40,599 bases of DNA. Source: Promethearchaeota archaeon (GTDB lineage: Archaea; Asgardarchaeota; Lokiarchaeia; Sigyniarchaeales; SOKP01). Below are positions 37,851 through 40,599 of the stretch, piece after piece (position 1 is the stretch's first letter; every line of letters begins with the position of its first letter). The translations under genes were made by a program, and so were the position numbers. A model generated the notes under the pieces. It was not told the origin of the DNA, did no database searches, and was given only the letters and a program-made list of their open reading frames with translations. Where the stretch lies: NCBI GenBank assembly GCA_004524535.1, contig SDNY01000017.1, positions 1 to 40,599 of the forward strand, written 5' to 3'.

Positions 37851-38474
37851 TTAATTTACCTGCGGAATTAATAGGATAAAATTACTCCCCTTTGAATAAT
37901 CATTTTCTATTCTATCTTCAACCCAAATCTTACCATCATAGCTCCCAATGATTTTGTGAACAATTGTGAGTCCGACTCCCAACCCTTCTGACGTTTTTTG
38001 AAAAGTTTCTCTGAATAATTTAGCTTTTACTTTATCTTCTATCCCAGGACCATTGTCTTTAAATTGGAATTTAACATATTTAATAGTCTCTAAAATCTCA
38101 GATGAAATCTTAATATCGATAGTGATTTTCTCCTTATCAGTATGTTTAATTGCATTAATAAGAATATTCTCTATTACTCCATTAATTAGGTCATTTGCTA
38201 AAATTCTCAGATTTTTATCAAAATCTTGAATATTAATACTAAAATCCTTATTTCTAAAAGTTTTTTTTATATAATCTATACCTTCTTCGATAATATCATG
38301 AACTTTTATAGGACGCTTACTTTCCTCACCTTTTTCAAGTTTTGATATTAAATGTACATTTCCTGCTAAAATTTGAGCTTTATTAATTTGTTCTAAAATA
38401 ATTGAATTTAGTTTAGCTATTTGTGCTAAATTCTCTGGTTTATCTATAATCTTAGATAGGGCTTCACTAGACAT
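37851..38474 (-). pseudogene. 5'-truncated histidine kinase (HATPase_c domain only)
   Basis: N box ENILINAIKH, G1 DNGPGI, G2 GLGVGL. The upstream frame reads KYDLIQVIL back to a stop, with no H-box and no sensor domain. Confidence 0.6.
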
Positions 38475-38605
38475 TAAAATAACTTGAATTAAATCATATT
38501 TTTAATATTTAAATCAACATTAATAATTTCCAAAACCTTCTGGATAAGTTCAATTTTTCTTCACTTGCTTGTAATTTTATGTTTTATCCTCAAATCGTTA
38601 AGATA

Positions 38606-38776
38606 TTATGTATCATAAGTTTCTTCATGGAATTCATTTTCATATTCGCCTTTTTCTTCATCCTCTTTTTTATTCCAGTCATCATCCTCGCTTTTTGTTT
38701 GTTTTTCTTCACGATTTTTACTCCTCTCGTTCCATTTATCCGTTTTCATTTTTTTGCTATCTTTTTTTTTTCTCAT
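38606..38776 (-). CDS. 56-aa highly charged small protein (not in the ORF track)
   Basis: MRKKKDSKKMKTDKWNERSKNREEKQTKSEDDDWNKKEDEEKGEYENEFHEETYDT, with a GGAG SD upstream. Explains the Phe-rich shadow ORF on the + strand. Confidence 0.55.
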   Translation of the reverse strand: MRKKKDSKKMKTDKWNERSKNREEKQTKSEDDDWNKKEDEEKGEYENEFHEETYDT

Positions 38777-39218
38777 AATTTTCGCTCCGATACATATTTT
38801 CTAACACACAATTCAAAGCTCATTTAAGATTTTTAAATGGAATTGTTATAAGTTATAAGCTTCTAAATATTCCTTACAAGATTTCTAACTAATCTTAGAA
38901 TAAGAAGTTAATAATGTAAAGAAAAAAATCTACATTGTTTAAGATTAATTAGCTTTCTCTTATTTTATCTTAGTCATTATTATTTTTAAAAAGAAAGATT
39001 AATTAAAAAATTGAAGCTTCTTTAGAAGAAAAACTTGAAAAGTCCCTGCTTTCAAAAGAAAATTTTTATTAAAACAATATAATTTCATATTGAATTTAGA
39101 TTCATACGAGCCATTATTTAAGATATTATTAAACTAACGTTATGCTGTTAAAATAAAATATAAATATAAGCTATCCTTAGTTTATTCATATTATACAAAA
39201 CAAAGTTGGTAAGTAAGA

Positions 39219-39290
39219 ATGAATGACTTGAATGAAAGTACTGGTTTTTGTAAATCAACTTGGTTTTGGGCTTGGCGTTGGCACGTGTAG
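39219..39290 (+). CDS. putative trp leader peptide MNDLNESTGFCKSTWFWAWRWHV
   Basis: 23-codon uORF with 4 alternating TGG codons, ending 143 nt before trpE. Confidence 0.8.
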   Translation: MNDLNESTGFCKSTWFWAWRWHV

Positions 39291-39333
39291 AACGTGCGCA
39301 ATGGCTTTACTTCTTTTAGGATTTCTTTTTATT
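39276..39333 (+). terminator. putative attenuator hairpin plus U-rich tract
   Basis: GCACGT-GTAGA-ACGTGC (39281-39297), extended by CGTTG/CAATG, followed by GCTTTACTTCTTTTAGGATTTCTTTTTATT. Confidence 0.68.
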
Positions 39334-39433
39334 AAATGCATGAATAGAATAGAGATTCTAATTCAAATTATAAAAATTATGATTTTTTTACAGATTAAAG
39401 AAAAATAATAAAAAATTAAAAAGTTGGTTAAAA

Positions 39434-40599
39434 ATGGAATTTGACATTCATATTGAAAAGCTTGGCTTCATATCTAATTCGAATATTTTTGGATTCTACA
39501 AATATTTAGTGAATCTGTATGATTTAAAAAAGCATGCTCTATTAGAGTCCGCTTCAGAAAGTACAAAAGAAACCTTATATAGCTTCATTGCTCTACAACC
39601 TGATTTCATGATTGAAATTAATGAGGATAAGTTTAAAATATATGATATCACTACTGCCCGAGGTGAAACGATTAAAGAATTTGTGGAATCTAGAGATCCT
39701 GCTGCGGAAAGACCGCACAATCCCTTACCATTTAAAGATAATGTAGAATATAATATGGTCGCGCTCGATACTTTGAGCCATCTCACACCTTATTCTAATC
39801 TTCCTTTCACGGAGTTATTCCCAAGGAACATCTTTTACGGCGGAATGCTAGGGTATATTGGGTATGACGTAGTTGCTCCTTATGTGGGTTATAAATCTAC
39901 AAGCGAATTTCCAGATATTTTAATGGGGCTCTATACAAAAGCACTGGTCTATTCACATAAATCAAATGCATTATTCATGATTGATAATAGCATTGATGAT
40001 TATTCAAAAGATAAAGATATCCGATATCAACTCAGCTTATTTAATAGAAATCATAATTCAGATGAAGATGGAGAAATTCCCTCGGATATCGAAGAGGTGG
40101 ATGAATCTTATTTCAGATCCAATACAAGTAAAAGCGCTCATGAAAAAATGGTAGAAAAGACAAAAGAATACATTTATGATGGAGATATTATACAAGCAGT
40201 TATCTCCCGAAGGCTCTATACAGAGACAAAAATCGACCCTATGGCAATTTACGAAGTTCTAAGAGTTCTTAATCCATCGCAATATATGTACAATATAAAT
40301 TTTGGAAATATTCGCATCATTGGGAGTAGTCCAGAAGCACTTATCTCAAAAAATAAAGATATTCTTAATACTGTGCCAATTGCCGGAACAATAAGAAGAG
40401 GCAAAACTCCAGAAGAAGATACAAAATTGGAAAAGGAATTGTTAGATGATCCAAAGGAAAAGGCTGAACACATCATGCTTGTGGATTTAGCGCGCAATGA
40501 CCTAGCCAAAGTTTCATATCCAGGTTCTGTTGACACATTTGAACTCATGACAATTCAAAAATATCAAAAAGTTCAGCATATTGTTAGTAAAGTGAGAAG
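39434..40599 (+). CDS. trpE: anthranilate synthase component I (3' end outside the window; not in the ORF track)
   Basis: LLES, GGMLGYIGYD, GDIIQAVISR, NPSQYMY, GSSPE, PIAGTIRRG and KEKAEHIMLVDLARND motifs. Confidence 0.95.
   Translation, partial: MEFDIHIEKLGFISNSNIFGFYKYLVNLYDLKKHALLESASESTKETLYSFIALQPDFMIEINEDKFKIYDITTARGETIKEFVESRDPAAERPHNPLPFKDNVEYNMVALDTLSHLTPYSNLPFTELFPRNIFYGGMLGYIGYDVVAPYVGYKSTSEFPDILMGLYTKALVYSHKSNALFMIDNSIDDYSKDKDIRYQLSLFNRNHNSDEDGEIPSDIEEVDESYFRSNTSKSAHEKMVEKTKEYIYDGDIIQAVISRRLYTETKIDPMAIYEVLRVLNPSQYMYNINFGNIRIIGSSPEALISKNKDILNTVPIAGTIRRGKTPEEDTKLEKELLDDPKEKAEHIMLVDLARNDLAKVSYPGSVDTFELMTIQKYQKVQHIVSKVR

Noticed and set aside
38579-38827. 82-aa Phe/Ile-rich membrane protein on the + strand
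   Set aside because: It is the antisense shadow of the Lys/Glu-rich minus-strand ORF 38606-38776.
39496-40548. Minus-strand ORFs 39496-39786 and 40249-40548
   Set aside because: Antisense to trpE, which the ORF track missed because its stop lies outside the window.
1-40599. CRISPR arrays, tRNA/rRNA genes, transposase or integrase genes
   Set aside because: No regularly spaced repeats, no GC-rich cloverleaf or rRNA-like tract, and no recombinase motifs were seen by eye.

Overview
AT-rich archaeal chromosomal segment, most likely Asgard (Lokiarchaeia/Promethearchaeota). This is inferred from Arf-like GTPase and longin-like genes, GGAGGTG/GGTGA Shine-Dalgarno motifs, an RpoM/TFS-type Zn ribbon and an Lrp regulator; no marker gene is present. 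In order, the window holds: a divergent cluster (MFS, opine dehydrogenase and B12-binding TIM-barrel enzyme, opposite an HTH protein, a methyltransferase-like protein and an AsnB-like enzyme lacking Cys1); stress and transport genes (2 USPs, ArsB/NhaD permease, Hsp20, CAAX protease); an acetate block (acs interrupted by a 30-nt in-frame insertion, radical SAM, acetyl-CoA hydrolase-GNAT); a 2.4-kb insert bounded by a 41-bp direct repeat; VIT1 and rubrerythrin; trpDCFBA; about 7 kb of Asgard-type signalling genes; and trpE running off the end. Best candidates for new biology: (1) two homologous Trp-codon leader peptides, each with a covarying stop-codon hairpin and U-rich tract, upstream of trpD and trpE, i.e. 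a bacterial-style ribosome-dependent trp attenuator in an archaeon; (2) a putative bulge-helix-bulge mRNA intron in acs whose removal restores DTYWQTETGG; (3) several genes that appear to start at AUU/AUA; (4) a relic trpE 5' end directly after trpA; (5) the uncharacterised B12/opine/AsnB-like cluster. All calls come from reading motifs by eye; no searches or folding programs were run.
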